Positions 42,548 to 56,488 of a stretch of 64,000 bases of DNA are shown here, piece by piece. How positions within the stretch are numbered: position 1 is the first letter of the stretch; each line of letters starts with the position of its first letter. The translations under genes and the position numbers were made by a program. The DNA comes from Zygnema circumcarinatum SAG 698-1b. Its lineage: Eukaryota > Plantae > Zygnematophyceae. The stretch is taken from assembly GCA_037447605.1 (NCBI GenBank), contig CM074818.1, positions 1,004,617-1,068,616 on the forward strand. The letters run 5' to 3'. A model generated the notes under the pieces. It had not been told where the DNA came from. It was given only the letters and a program-made list of their open reading frames with translations, and ran no database searches.

Positions 42548-44994
42548 ACTCCAGCGCAGGAACATTTGTCGTGTGGAACCCGGCCGAGGGCTCGGGCCCT
42601 GCAGGCGGATGGTCCCATTTGAAACCAGTACCTGGTTGCGGCGAGTTTCCGAAAAAAACACGACAAAAAATACATTACGAGATACTGGTTCTGAAATAAT
42701 CTCGAGGCGGAGGTGAAAGCTTGACCCGTCCCCTCATCCCATATCGGATGGGATCCGATATCACGATTTCCGGTATTGAAATATTTCAGTATTCCGCTAT
42801 ATCTCGATATTTCGAGATATTTTTAAGCTAGTGGCGGGGCTCCGACTGCTTCCTTCAAGGTGGGGTTCCATCAGCCCGTTTCGCCGAAGTGCCGTCGTCG
42901 TGTACGACCCATGGGTTCTATGAGGCCGTTCCCGCCAACGTGGCGCCGACGTGGCTGCCATGTGGTAACGAGGATTGTTTAATCCTCGATTGTCCATTGT
43001 CTAATCTCCAAAATAAAAATGCTGCAATTCTTTCTGAATGTGGAACTTCCAAGCCTCTGATTCACACCAAGCAACAAATTGCTTTATGATGGGGCGGTAT
43101 GATGATTTGCTAGATTTTGGGCATAACATCTCTACCCCTAAAACCAATAAGCGGTTTTGAGCTATAGTTGCCTTGCAAAAAAACAAACAAAAGGAAAACC
43201 CTAATTCTATAATTTTTCAAAAGGAGTGACATAAAATGTACATACTTTGAAAGAAAAATACATATTTCACATACCTTCGCCTCATAGGCATGTTGCGTCT
43301 TTTATCCTCTTCAGCTGTAACTGTCGTTTTTACTGCATATATCATCTTTTTAAGCTCTTCATTTCCTAAAATACATCCATTCTTCATCACGAGATAAGAG
43401 GGATCATCAAAAACGCTCAACTACAATAAGACCAAAAAATACAAAATGACAAGCATTAATATTGAGTTAACAGAACGCATAGACAAAACCAAAGTTACCA
43501 TCACTGGCAGCAAGTGAAAAAGTTTGCAGCTTGACTGCATATAGAAACACGAGACCACTTGGGAGTGTAAAAGGGAAAAGGTATAGAGAGAACCCAAAAG
43601 AAAGAGGGAACGAGTCGTAGAAGAGAGCGGAAGGGTGTGAAATGCGGAGGGAGCGGAATGGAGCGACGGGTTGAGAGACAAAAGGAGAAAAATATGACGG
43701 ATTGGCAACAGCGGTGGAGAATGGAATGGAGATGAGAGGGATGCAAAGAGGCAAGGGAGGGAGAGCTGGTCGAGACATTGAGCATTCAGTTAGAGCTCAC
43801 CTGTGCATATGCTTCCAATGCTGTTGCATACAGTTTTTGAGCAGAATACTCCGCATATTTTGCGATTGCAACAATCGCTATTCCCGCGGTAAACAATGCA
43901 TCAAAGCTAGGCTGATGAGTTTTGAATAAATTTAACTGTCCTTTATTCGTTGTCACAGGAACTCTTTACGTGTCTGCAGGCCATAATGGCCAGCAAATAA
44001 CCTTTGTATGGAGCTCTGCTAATGGAGAGGAAAGCAAAGAAAGTGGCAGAGCGAGAGAGTGTGTGTGTGAGAGAGAAAGTGAGGAGAGAGGAAGAGAGGA
44101 GATCCCCTTAGGTTCTTGAAGCACCCACTTCGCAAACTCTAAATCTGTATGACTCATGGAATCCAGTTTCCAAATCTCGATAGCCTTGACTGTCTTAAGG
44201 GTGAGGGAGCACATTTTCCCTCTTTCCCTCTACCTCTCCCTCTCTCCAAGTGATTCCTCCAAAGCGTACTTCATATCATCCTCAGTAAGAAAAAGGAAAA
44301 GGAGCCGTTTGAAGCATACCTGCCCCCTAAAGGCAACAGACAAACCAGCACCATGCATGTGCTATATGACATTCATTCGAAAAAAGGAGCACAAAATTTA
44401 CAAACTGCGAGTTTGGCTCACTTGTTGGACACAGCTTGACCTCCCCTTAAAGGTAAGCTGCGCCCAATAATGAATCCTACCTAAAAATGAAAAGAAAAGT
44501 GCAACCCAGACCCTGAATCCTAACCAAATCTGACCTTGACTCCAACCACCCACGATGGACACCTGCGCGAGAGAGAGAGTCTCTCTCTCTTTTGACTTTT
44601 CTACAACAAAGGACCAAAAAAGAAAAAAGTTCATGAAAAAAAAAAAAAAAAAAAAACGTGTATTATCGCATTTCTACTCCACAACGACGAAGATTGAAGC
44701 AACTTTCTGACGAGGAGTGCAGATTGCTGCTACGGATCCAAAATGATTTCCTGCACAAGTAAAACAAAATTTTCTGTTAGAACTTACTCTTAAGTCAAGG
44801 ATGTGAAAAAACTAGAAAAACAGTCATGCATTTTTTTAGTAAAAGGAGACAGCAAACCAACTCTAATCTTCTGCAATAAATAGAATTGAAACTCGATTAA
44901 GGAATTGAAGTCATACCTCTTTCATTTGTCGCCTTGCACCCTTCGACTACTGGCCTCGCATCGCTCGCTTATCAGATGTGGCCTTCCCTTTATT

Positions 44995-45324
44995 GGGCGG
45001 CCACCCAAAGGTGCTCGCTTGTGTTGTGGGCGGGGACCCAAAGGTGCTCGCCTGTATTGTGGGTGGGCACCTAGAGGTGCTCGCTTGTGTTGTGGGCGGG
45101 CACCCAAAGGTGCTCGCCTGTGTTGTGGGCGGGGACCCAAAGGTGCTCGCCTGTGTTGTGGGCGGGCACCCAAAGGTGCTCGCTTATTTTGTAGGCGGGG
45201 ACCCAAAGGTGCTCGCCTGCGTTGTGGGCGGGCACCCAAAGGTGCTCGCCTGTGTTGTGGGCGGGGACCCAAAGGTGCTCGCCTGTGTTGTGGGCGGGCA
45301 CCCAAAGGTGCTTGCCTGTGGTGT
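44995..45324. repeat. 33-bp minisatellite, 10 copies (GGGCGGG[C/G]ACCCAAAGGTGCTCGCCTGTGTTGT-type)
   Basis: Units start at 44995, 45028, 45061 ... 45292; two variants (GGGCACCC/GGGGACCC) alternate in the later copies; there are no unique spacers. Confidence 0.95.
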
Positions 45325-46149
45325 GGGTTGATACTTGTCTGTCGGCGCCCAGTTGTGCCCTAACCATTCTAATACGAAATATTTGTAAGGCAGGCACTCG
45401 CACGTGAGCGGCAGCCACTGTGTCGCGCCAGAGAATGGCGACCAATCCTTGTCCTGCACGGGCAGTGGTAGCGGTGAGAACTCCTTGATTATGCACAACA
45501 CACTTGAGGGAAACAAGACTATTTTCCCTAATTGTATTATAGATACAATTGAAGAATCTAAGGAGTGTGCATATTAGCATGCTTCCAAGAATGTGCTAGC
45601 AATGCTAACAATGCCAACGCTAATAGGCAATGTCTGAAAACTTCTCCACAACGAGGTTGAAGAAAAAGCAGCAAAAAGCAAAGGAATTTGATGACATGTG
45701 AAAGGAGGAGTCGCGTGAGTGAAGGGACAAAATGGCAAAAGCTGACAAATTTTTTTTTACAAAAATATCAGATTTGTTTAATAAGAATTGGTATAAGGAA
45801 GAAGTAGGTTGTACAGACATACTTGACGCAATAAATGCGATGTTTGAAAAGTTACAAAAATAGATAGTTTGCTTGTAAGGGGGGCCAAAAAAAAGGTGCA
45901 AGTAAAGGTAGAAGGAAAAATAGAAGGAAAGATAAAAGAATATGAAAAGGGTAGAGAAAGAGAGGTGCGCATAAAAAACACTGCTTTTTTATTTTTGTTT
46001 TTTAAATATGAATTATTTTTGCTTTATCTTTGCCATTTATTGTCTTTTTGTGTGCCTTTGTAGGTTATAATTGCTTATGTAATAATTTTGCCATAAGGTT
46101 GTATGTAATTCGTAAGAAGCAAGAAGCAAGAAGCAAGCAATAAGCAGCA

Positions 46150-47860
46150 AGCAATAATAGGGTTATCGCCATAAGGCTTTAACAAGCTTTTTTTAAAAGG
46201 GTAACCTGAATTCCAAATGATGTACGGTGAGATACTCATGCCTTTTACTTCCTTAGCATTCCTTTCCAAGCCTTCAACAAATGTGAAGGCTTGTCCAATT
46301 CTCGAGTTTACAAACACTCGAGCATCATAAATTAATCTTAGTTATCTGATTTGAACATCTGATATCCGGGTATCAAAAGCCACCACAATTGCATAACCAT
46401 ACTATAATTGTGGTTCCTATCATACCAATCCTTAATGCGTAAACCTGAACCTAAAGTAATGTTCATATGAGTTGTGTTAATGTTCATATGAGTTGTGTTA
46501 ATGGCTCCATAATAATTTACAAACTTTGTAGGCTCCTCAAATTGTTTTGATACATTTTCAAACTATTTCGCACTTGGCCAACCTATATTGTAACAACTGA
46601 AAAACTAATCCCTTCAGTTGTCTGCAGAAAACACCCTCAGCCTTGCACACACACTCAGTCGAGAGAGAGAAAGGGAACAAGAAAAAAAAAGACTCGAACA
46701 AAAAGTATAACCGTATGCTGAAATAATGGTTGGATCCTAGTAAAGCCATCCATTACCCTTATATGCTTCCATTGTCGAACCCTTTACCAACATGAGGGAC
46801 CGAAAGTAAAGTTATCTAATGGAAGACTACTACGTAGTACCCTTTTACCAAAACGGATCATATGAGGATAACGTCTGTGAGTCCGCTATATCCTACAAGC
46901 TATGCTGCGAAGTAACATGCCATTGCGCAACAATGCATAGTTAAATCCTGTACACAAAGTGTGAGGCCTGATTGTCAATTGATCTGTACCAATGGTAACC
47001 TACCATCGTACAAATGATTATTATTTTCCAAAAAGAGACTTGTTGGTCTGAGGGACGCCCCTGACCATATTAAGGGATACTTCCCTAAGCATCTCCTTTT
47101 TGTTTGAGGACTTGTTTGGCCAAAAAATCACCCCTAATATTTGGTCGGCATGGGGTGAGGTGCCGTATAGCATACTCACTATCATACCCTTGCTTAGTAC
47201 AAGGGTCGAACCTAAAATCTTTCATAGTCTTATGGGAACCTCGGTACTTTTTACCATTCAATGTGTACTAGGGTGAGGTGATGATACCAAGGCAAAATAC
47301 GTCTTAAGTACGCCTCCTTTGGGTGACTGTAGCATTTTGCTACACATATATAGAGGAGTTAAAATAGATCTTACAGCCTTGCAAAAGACTGAGGGCTTTC
47401 GCCGGACAATCAAAGCACTTACTCTAAAAATTGCACGAACAACATGTGAACGTATTCCTTGGGCTAACGTATATAAAGACATCTCTATCTGCCTACATAT
47501 TTCAAGGCGACGGTTTGGAATAATAAGGAAAGTTGTGGGAGGATTTGTTTTTAACTCTTCACCCAACTCATTAGTCAACATAGAGACAAGTTCCTTGGAA
47601 AGTCTAAACTTTTCTATATATTGCTCAATTGTTATGTCCTTTATCAAAAACAATGAAAAATGCATACCATGGGTATGCATACTAATACGTCTCTGACGGA
47701 CATTCCATAAATACTTTCCAAACTAGACAACTAATTGCCGCTTGCGTTTCCTTTGCTAAAATACTTTAAGTAATGATATATTTAACATTATTGCATCTAC
47801 TTTTTCATTGACCAGCATGTTCATAAGCCCAAAAAACAAAACGAGGGCTCTTTGATCCAT
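46150..47860 (-). mobile_element. Decayed PIF/Harbinger-type DDE transposase (DDE_Tnp_4/HARBI1-like) pseudogene
   Basis: Family motifs in the expected order on the minus strand: EKFRLSKELVSML...IEMSLYTLAQG (47590-47440); YGAINTTHMNI (GAIDGTH motif, ~46510-46460, with a 21-bp tandem duplication); WYDRNHNYSMVMQ; IYDARVFVNS (~46320); PYIIWNSGYP...LLKPY (~46220-46170). It contains stops and frameshifts; TIRs and TSD were not identified. Confidence 0.85.
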
Positions 47861-49053
47861 ATTGCTGCCGGGGAAAAATATTGGGAAGGAGAGAGTATAA
47901 AGAGAAGTGCTACAAAAAAATGCGTTTAAATAAGGGGTGAGATAGAAAACGCGATGCTGCAAAGAGCAGTGATTTAGAAGGAGAAATGAAATGGTTTGGC
48001 AGTTTTGCCAATACTGCCAAACCTGAGAGAAGACGACGCAGAAAGGGAACAGAAGCCTCCGGCCGTGGAATTGCGAGGGAAACGCCGCGAATGACGTTGC
48101 TGCGAAAGGGAAGGAAGGAGGGAAGAGAAGGAGAGGAGGTGGCGGCTGTAGTGGCGGCGGCCGTCGCCGCCTCCGAACCCCAAAAAACCGTCGGAGGCGA
48201 CGCGCGTACGGTAACCGCGGTGGCCACGGCGGACGCTTCAAATCGTGCACGTGGCGATCGCTGATTGGAAAACGGCGTTTGGATGGAACTCGTCTTCAAA
48301 ACGGGAGAGGGAGAGGGCGAGAGAGGGGTGACAGTCATTGAAGTCAGAAGGAGGAGGATGTCAACGATTCGGAATTGGTTAAGTGTTGTGAGGTTCTGAC
48401 TTTGAATCCCATCAAAGAATGCCTTTTATCTTCCGCCTCGAGTACAGACAGTCGGCCACCTGGAGCCACGACCAATGTAAGGGGGCCAGTCCCTACCTTA
48501 GGGAGGATACACCAATCACAACAGCCCCTATCCATTCATGTTCCAAATAGGAAAAGAATTGGTCTTTACGAATTCGTTGACCAACAGTTCGTAATCCGAA
48601 CACCAGAAAAAATCATGCACTGAACTCGTCAATCTCTTCACAGAATCGACGAGGACAGGACCAGCACTCAGCGAAACAAAGCAAAAAGTTAAAGTTGAAG
48701 TTATCATCCGCTGCCTGCTCTCCTACACTACGTATATAGTCTGTCAATGGGCGTCTCCGCTACACATCACCTCAGCCTCCTATGCTTTATACATCATCTC
48801 AATTTCTCTCTCCCTCTCTCGCTCTTTCTCTCGCTCTCTCTCAACTCTACCTTCACAAAGAGCCCGGCCGGTTGCCAGCCCCCTCCATGGCTGCAGCTCC
48901 CCAACACTCTCTGCTTATTTATTTGCTCTCAAAATGAATTCAAGATTTGCTCTCGGAACAAACGCCCAGGCCTCAGTTGACCCCAGCCGGCCTCTGGTCT
49001 TCACTATGAAATGAAGGAGTGAAGGGGTGAAAGGTGTCCCCATCCTAGTGGTT

Positions 49054-52000
49054 TCACTTCAAGAGAACCTCCAGAGTTTCAAAGAGCCACGGACCCATCT
49101 CGGGGTTAGGGGACTTGACTGCACACTTCACCCCTTGAACTCCCAAAAGGAAGGTGAGCTCAACCAGCATGGGAATGGCAGGGAGGACCTTCACAGAGAG
49201 GTAGAGGACATCCTGATTCGTATCCTTAAGGTGCCTTTTGGCAATGAAGAACACATTACTGCGGCCCACGAGCTCCAAGGTGGCATCTATGCTGGTGATA
49301 GAGAGCGCAGGGAGCTCTCTCACCACCTCGTTAGTGTCCGGGATAGCTTTCCATGTCTGCAATGCAGTGACAATGTTAGGACTCTTCAAACTGCAAAAGC
49401 AACGTGGTTCCTCTTTATCTGAAGTTCAGCAATATGTTTGAAGGGTAAAGGCTATGTGACCTCCATCTGGACCTCCCTCCCCCCTCTCTCCCTCCCTCCC
49501 TCCCTTTTCTTAAAGCCTATAATGGGAATTTTCTGCAGTTTCCTTTAAATAAAGTCACATGCTCGAAAGTTAAGCCAAACCTCACACTTCCATAGCATGA
49601 CACAGGAAAAGTCGCAACCTATGCGGAAATTCCACATCCTCTCCATACTTATCAAGGGTCTTCCAATGTCCTCGGCAAATTTAAGGACAAGTTAACAGTT
49701 TTTTCGAGGTTCAGGAGAGGAAAAGTGGGTGCACCTCAAGGAAGGTGCTGCGCTCCATTCGCCCATCTTCTGCAAAGAACACCTGCAGCGGAATTTTGTC
49801 TGTGAAATACCACACAGGCTGCTGGTTGTTTTTCAAGGCCACCTGCAGAACTGGTGAAGGTGGGGGAGGTGACAAATTCTGAAACGGAGTAAGGGGTAAA
49901 AAGAGGCTAGCACTGCCTCCAGGGGGAATTGTAGCCACCTGCATTTTGACAGCACACATGCCAATGAATGAATGAATGAATGAATTTGATTTGAATCTGC
50001 TGAAGGTTGGGGTTCCATGCTCAACAATATCTCCACCAACCAGCTCCTCCTAACCAAAAACTCTTCTCTATCATAAATTTGAGCGTTACTAGCGAGCAGT
50101 GCCAACCAACCCAAATGACGAAAGTAATCTAATCATTAGTCTACTGTTGCTACCCCTACCCCCATGCATTAATACTGTGGAAAACTCAGAGGAAGGAGTG
50201 ATGATGAGTCACCGGCAATGGGCCTGCGGGAGCAACAAGCCCGAAAGAGTTTTTGTTGAGTTGGATCATGAATCCATCCAACGGCTGAGGGGTGCCATTG
50301 TCAAGCTGCAGACTGTACATCACCTGCCCTTGCTGCCGTACAAGCTGTCCCTTCACTAGCAGACCCTGCCCCTGCTGGGGATTCAAAAGAACAGGGAGAG
50401 AGGGGCTGCAACAACAGGAAAAAGAAGGAACATCATCAGAATAGTATATATATATATATATATTGCCTGTTGGCAAAGACAGAATGTAATCGAATAGGGC
50501 TACGACACGCATTGTGAGTTGGGATACATACGACCGATAGAAGAAGACCGATCCAAGTCTGCTCTATGGCATAGAAACATGCAATAGCTTCTGAAGAATT
50601 CCTCGGCTCTCTCTAACAGCATATGGAATTGGGGTTTTCATGTACCTTGTTGCAGCAGCTGCAGGAGCTGAGTCTGATGAGATTCCTAAGCCCATAAGAT
50701 CGCCGAGAAGATCATTTGGCCCTGCTTGAGGGGGTTGAGAAACTGGAGGGGAAAATGCTTGTGGAGAGGAGCTCACTGGAGGAGCCCCCCCAGAAGTAGA
50801 CCCTGGGCTACTAGTATGGTAAGATGCAGTTGAAAACGATGAAACTGCTCCTCCTCCAGTAATCTCTGCAGGTATTGGAGCAGATGAGTCTCCAGGACCT
50901 GCCAACTCTACTCCATCCGCATAGTCATCCACCTCTACATGAGCAGAAGCGGGAGATGGGCGAGTGCGGGAGACAAAAGTATCTGGGGGTTTGTGGTAGA
51001 CGGAAGAGAGAGTGGCAATGTTGGTGAGGAGTTCATCGAGAAGAGAGGCATCTAATCCACTTGCTTCATCACTGATGGTGGGTTTTTCTGCAAGGACTAC
51101 ATCCTTAGCTGCTTCAGGGTCTGTGGAAAGCAATCGCCAGTATATGTATGCGCGATCGCGGAGGTCTGGGTTATCTGTTTCCTGAGTTGCATTGTTCAGG
51201 ACAAGCTGCAGGGGGGCAGCGGAAAGAATCGAATAACTCAGACTCAATAGAAGCAGATTGAATCAAAAATTTCAGACAAGACAGCAACAGTGAGCGTACT
51301 TCAGCATCGAGTCGAGTTGTTCAAGAAAAGGGTTGACGATTATCGACAGGATTGAAGACAGAAAAATACACGGTTCTCCAGAAAGAGAGGTTATTACAGA
51401 TATAGATAACAGATACAGACACAGATTACCTTCGAGGGTACTCAAAAAACAAACAGGCAAAAAAAGGAGCATAGTACGTACTTGAATCATTTGCTGTGGC
51501 CCATCAGTGGGCTTCTTCAAGAACAGTTTGACAGCAGCTGTGAGAAGCTGCAGCTGCACCTGTGCAGGCTCTTCTGGAAAGCTCTCTAAGAAGCCTTCGA
51601 GAAGCTCATCTGCATTATCTATCCTTTCGGCATACTCCCCAATGATCCAAATCATTGAAGCCTGCACTCAGAAATTGCGGACACACATGTCTGAGGTCAG
51701 AAATTCGGTCTAACACAAGGAGGTGGTTAATATATTCGAAGCACGTAGTACTGAGCTGCTTAGGTACATCAGCTAAAAATCTCCATGATGGAGTGCAATA
51801 CCTGCGCCTTGGCATGTGACTTCCATACTATAGAAGAAACAAACCCCAATGCAAAATGGCATAACGAGACTGGAACCACATCTCAATCAGTAAAAATGGC
51901 ACCAGCATCTATGCGAGGAGACACGCCATATTCCAAGCATCTCACACTTTATTGAGATTTTTTTGGGGAGATGAAGGCAATCTCTAAGGAGAGAGGTTCT

Positions 52001-55000
52001 GAGGAAGGCACTCACCTTAGCTTCCGGCTCATCCAAAGTATCGAGACTCTCACAGAGAGTGGCAATGATGGATTCATAGCTGGACCAAAGACGAAAGGAG
52101 ATGGAAGACAGTCGTCAGGTACACTAAGAGGACAATGCTTTTGAAATGACTTTGTGACAAGAAAATCGATTCAGATTCATTTGCTTGAATTCAACAGTGA
52201 CTTGTTGCTAGATCTTCACACTCAAATTAACAGCTCATGATCTTGCAGCCTACTGGTTATATTCAACCAATTCCCGTACTTATTGAATGTGCAAAACCCT
52301 TGCAATTTTGCAAGTATCGTCACATCAATGTCAGCATATTGTCGAACAGGGTATTTCATCCAGCAGATAGATATGGTGGCAAAGTAAGACTCTCGTCGAC
52401 GACCTGTGAAGCAGCACCAACTGGTCACTCAGATGGCAGAGAAGATAGGAAAAGACCTTGAGCCGGTCAAAGGTTCAGAAGACATACGTGTTCGGATATC
52501 GTCGGAAAATGTCTTTGATTACAATTATAGCTTCTTGAACGACATAGTTCACTTTAATCTTGATGAGCTCTAGCAGCACATTGATGCAGCGTTCAGCTGC
52601 CCTTTCCAACTTAATGGCGCATCGACCAATGGCACGCACTGCCTTCCTCACAAAGTCAACATCCACTTCGGTCGCATATTCCTTGAACTCCAACAAGACC
52701 TGCAGTGTGTGCCCAAACAGAGACAAGACAGTCAAATGCATGTACAGATACTTGTACTCTTCCCTGTCAAATTGGTGCAGAATTTCACAGTGAATCCTTC
52801 AGCTTTTTTTAACTGTGTGGTTCACAGCCTTCGTGTCTAATAAGCTCAATATCTTTGGATGCCTCTTTCCTCATCAGGTAGAGTGTCTACTATTGCACGA
52901 TCACAGGTGGACGAAAATGAAGACCTTCAATGCTCTTTTCGAATTTTTTCCAGAAATGTTTCACAGGTTTAATCTAGTTACTCGCTTTTCTGCCAGCACA
53001 TCCCTAACCACTGGGCAGACAAATATCTTTCGTGGAAAAACGCAGAATATAATGCATAACTTCAGTAGAAATAGATTTGTTAGAAAGGTACAATACATAG
53101 AATGTCCTAGTTATATAACATTCATAAATGAGCTTATTTAAGAAAAAAACATGTTGAAGGCCAACTGAGAAACAAACCCGTCAAATACGGCACCCTTTAT
53201 TAAGTTTTCAAGGTTGACGGCTCAACCATTCGAAGCTTTAAGGAATAGCACACTTTCTCGCTTAGATCCAACATGGTGTGCAGCTATCAACTGTAGAGAT
53301 TCACACATTTAAAGGCAGCTATACTTGAAGCGGTTGGAAGAATCACTTGCACATACCTGATCAATATTGCGATCTGACACTAACTTTATCATGATCTCCA
53401 GCTTCTCCATCTTGACATAAATTGGATCGTTGTACTTGCAGAAGAAAACCTGAAAGTGCAAACAAACAGTTGATCAGCAACTTCAGATACAGCTTCTAAC
53501 AGAATGAGCGTACTACGACCACAGTTGGAAAAACGAAGCTGTACAACGCAGCGAAAAGCAGATACTGCCAGTATTATGAAAAATAGTCTTGATGAATTGA
53601 AAAGTCTATGGCCTTCACCTTGATTTCATGCGCGAGAATGCTCGGCCTGCGCTGCACAATAAGGTTGATATTCCTGAGAGCAACGTACTGAATCTCCGGC
53701 TCTGAGGAAAGCAGAGTCACAAGAGGGGGAGCCATCTTCTTGCAAAGGGTGCGGACCACATCTGTGCTTGTGATTAACTCCATTTGTAGCAGGATAACCT
53801 GTCCAATAGCGTCCCATAACTGGAGTAATGAGGGCTTCACCTCGTTCTTTAACTCTCACATCAGATAAGGAGCTTCAAATAGTTTCAGAAAGAGAGTGTG
53901 AACAGACAAGTTTGGCAGTTTTGAGCCTCGTGCAAGTAAGTATCCTTTCACATGTTCAATAAATATACTCTCAATACAAAAAAATGTTGTACTTTCATTT
54001 AATTTAAGGTTCCCACAAGTGATAGATCACCTTTACGGCAGAAAGTACGACAGCGCAGTTGGCATGTTGAAGGCGAGGAGTGACGCGCTCCACAATACTC
54101 TCCGCTTCCCGGGCATCCTTCGCCTTGTACTTTGAGAGTGAGTCCAAAATAAACACCTGCCCCCACCTGTTTCAAACAAAACGACCAATATTACCAAACT
54201 CTTTTCGTCGTAACAGAAAATCATTTTCATTTTCAAGGTATAAACAGACAGTATTACCCCCTTGAAAGCCTTAACCTAATTCAAGGAATTAACGCAGCAG
54301 GTACAAATGGATTTTCTTCACAATTCCCATCAGAGGACTGCAATTGCTTCATCTATGCTTATTTGGCTAACAAGGATAGGGCAAATGAAGCGCTGCAGAA
54401 GAAAAACAAAATCCGCATTATTGGAATTTCTTCATAGAAGAAATGGAACTGATTCCTTTGGGCATTTGCAATCAAAGAGAGAGCTCAATAATGCCTAGAC
54501 TCAGAGGTTGGTAGGGTCCATAGGCATACTCTGTGCACTCATTCAAGGCAGCCAGCAGCTTGAACAAAATCGTATTTGTAATTTCAAATATAGGCTTGCT
54601 GCTGCTTTCCTGGATCTCAGCTAGAGCAGCGACAGCGTTGGCTACCACCATTGGATTGCTGTCTGAAATTAAATCCTTCAAAATTTCCAAAAATCCTCGA
54701 TCCTCGACCAGTTCCGCATTGATGTCAAACAATTTCGCCACACAAATTGCAGCTGTCTTTCTCACATAAGGATCATCATCCTGTGCCCAGCCATTGCCTT
54801 GGTCGCTCCAGTTCAAAAGCATCCAAGCTCCCATCAGCAACAAAATCTACAGCTCCCTTTTCAAATCCCTCCCTCGCTCCTTCCCTCCTTCCTTCCCCCC
54901 ATTACCTTCCCACCATTCCTTTCCCTCCCTTCATCCCTGCCTCACTCCCCTCCCAGTTATAAACTGCCCAGAACTAGAGATTGGCAGAGGTTCGTGAATG

Positions 55001-56026
55001 AAAAATGTGAAAAAACTGAAGTTGTCGGCCATCGCCAGCCATAGGCAAACTGCACTTTACGAAGCTTCGGCGCGTGTAAGCCAACAAGAAGGTGAAAGTA
55101 CCTTAAGGACCCTCTGAAGCGGGTCACATAAATATTCTGTAATTCGGTCCACTCGAATGCATCCCATAGTCCGAACTGCGAGTGCTCTAATCAGTGGATT
55201 TGGATCTTGAGAGTCCTGCAAGGTCCCAAATGTTGAAGCCAGTCAGGCTCCGGTACAAAAACGAACATTTAAGCTTCAATAGGAACAGTCCCTTGTATCA
55301 CTAAAACATTAATCAACAGGTTCCGCGGCCCTGTTCAGACTACTGCAACACATGTTGATAAGGAAATAACAAAAGGAGTGCTAGATTTTTTGGAAAATGT
55401 GAGGTCCAAACCTTGACAAAGGTATTGACGGCGAGAATGGCGAGATCAGGCTGGCTTTTGGCATAGTTGATTAAGTAGAGATAGACCAGTTTCTTCAGTT
55501 CCAGGTTCTCAGTTTGCATGCAGTTCACAACATCCGTGAACAGCATGGAGACATCCTTTCCAACTGTCATTGCAGCAATCACTTTTTTTACCGCATCTTT
55601 TCTCTTATCCTGCAGATAGAGAACAGACAGGAAATGGAAAAAAGGAGAAGCCTCTTTCAGATCCTCAGAACAGAAACTTGAAACGGATCCGTGTGAAACA
55701 TGTGAGACTGGCAGTGAAGGACATTATCAAGGATCTGACATACAATGTACAATTCAGTGCATCTGGTTTTTGCGAAATAAGTCCGCTTGCATCAAAAATA
55801 TTCCTTCTACCTCCAAGAACTCAACTTTGAACCAGTGCTGGCAACCAATTTTCAACCTGTCTCCACTCACATGTGCATGAACAGTCTCCTCCGATCACCA
55901 AAAGTAAGCAGACCATTACGAATCTTCCAAACCCCTTACCTTGTACTGCGAGTTGAGCTCTTCCTTCAGCTCATGTATCTCTCCCTTCTTCGTTGTCGTA
56001 AAGTACTTCGAATCGTGTCCGCTCAT
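49054..56026 (-). CDS. AP1B1: Beta-adaptin, shared AP-1/AP-2 complex beta subunit (plant beta-adaptin B/C type)
   Basis: [29 protein letters not shown]; [21 protein letters not shown]; [17 protein letters not shown]; EWGQVFILD; [17 protein letters not shown]; [17 protein letters not shown]; [19 protein letters not shown]; [17 protein letters not shown]; ear/appendage exons; stop at 49054-49056. All junctions checked are GT-AG. Confidence 0.96.
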
Positions 56027-56488
56027 GGCTGCTGCCAACAAGAAAATCCCGCGCCTGTAATGCCTCAGTCGTCGCCGCCCTCCCTTCCGAGAGAGCTTCT
56101 CCGAACAGCTATGGCAGACAGGGAGAAGGGGAGGGAGAGGGAGGGGGAGAGAGAGAGGGAGGGAGAGGCGAAGAGGGCCGCCCAGCGGTTGAAGCAGCCT
56201 CCCGCTTCCACTTCTGGAGGACTTTGAACGCTTTTAGGGTTTCCATGTGGAAGTAGTTTCGCTCCATCTGATATCTAAGGCTGGATTTCTATGCGGACGG
56301 TCGCCCGTTCACAGTTTAAATTGTAGCTGGAATGTCTAGTTGAACTGCTAAACAGGAACATGGAGAGCCCGGTTGGGCATCACTGCACGGATTGCGGAAC
56401 GGTATTGGAGGGGGATGTCACATGGAACCCCTAGTGGGGCTTTGTTGGGCTTCGCTGAATAAGGGTAAGAATTGGAATATGTACTTCT

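Noticed and set aside
44995-45324. CRISPR array or repeat protein
   Set aside because: The units are directly adjacent with no unique spacers, there are no cas genes, and the context is eukaryotic. The ORFs lack credible flanking coding sequence.
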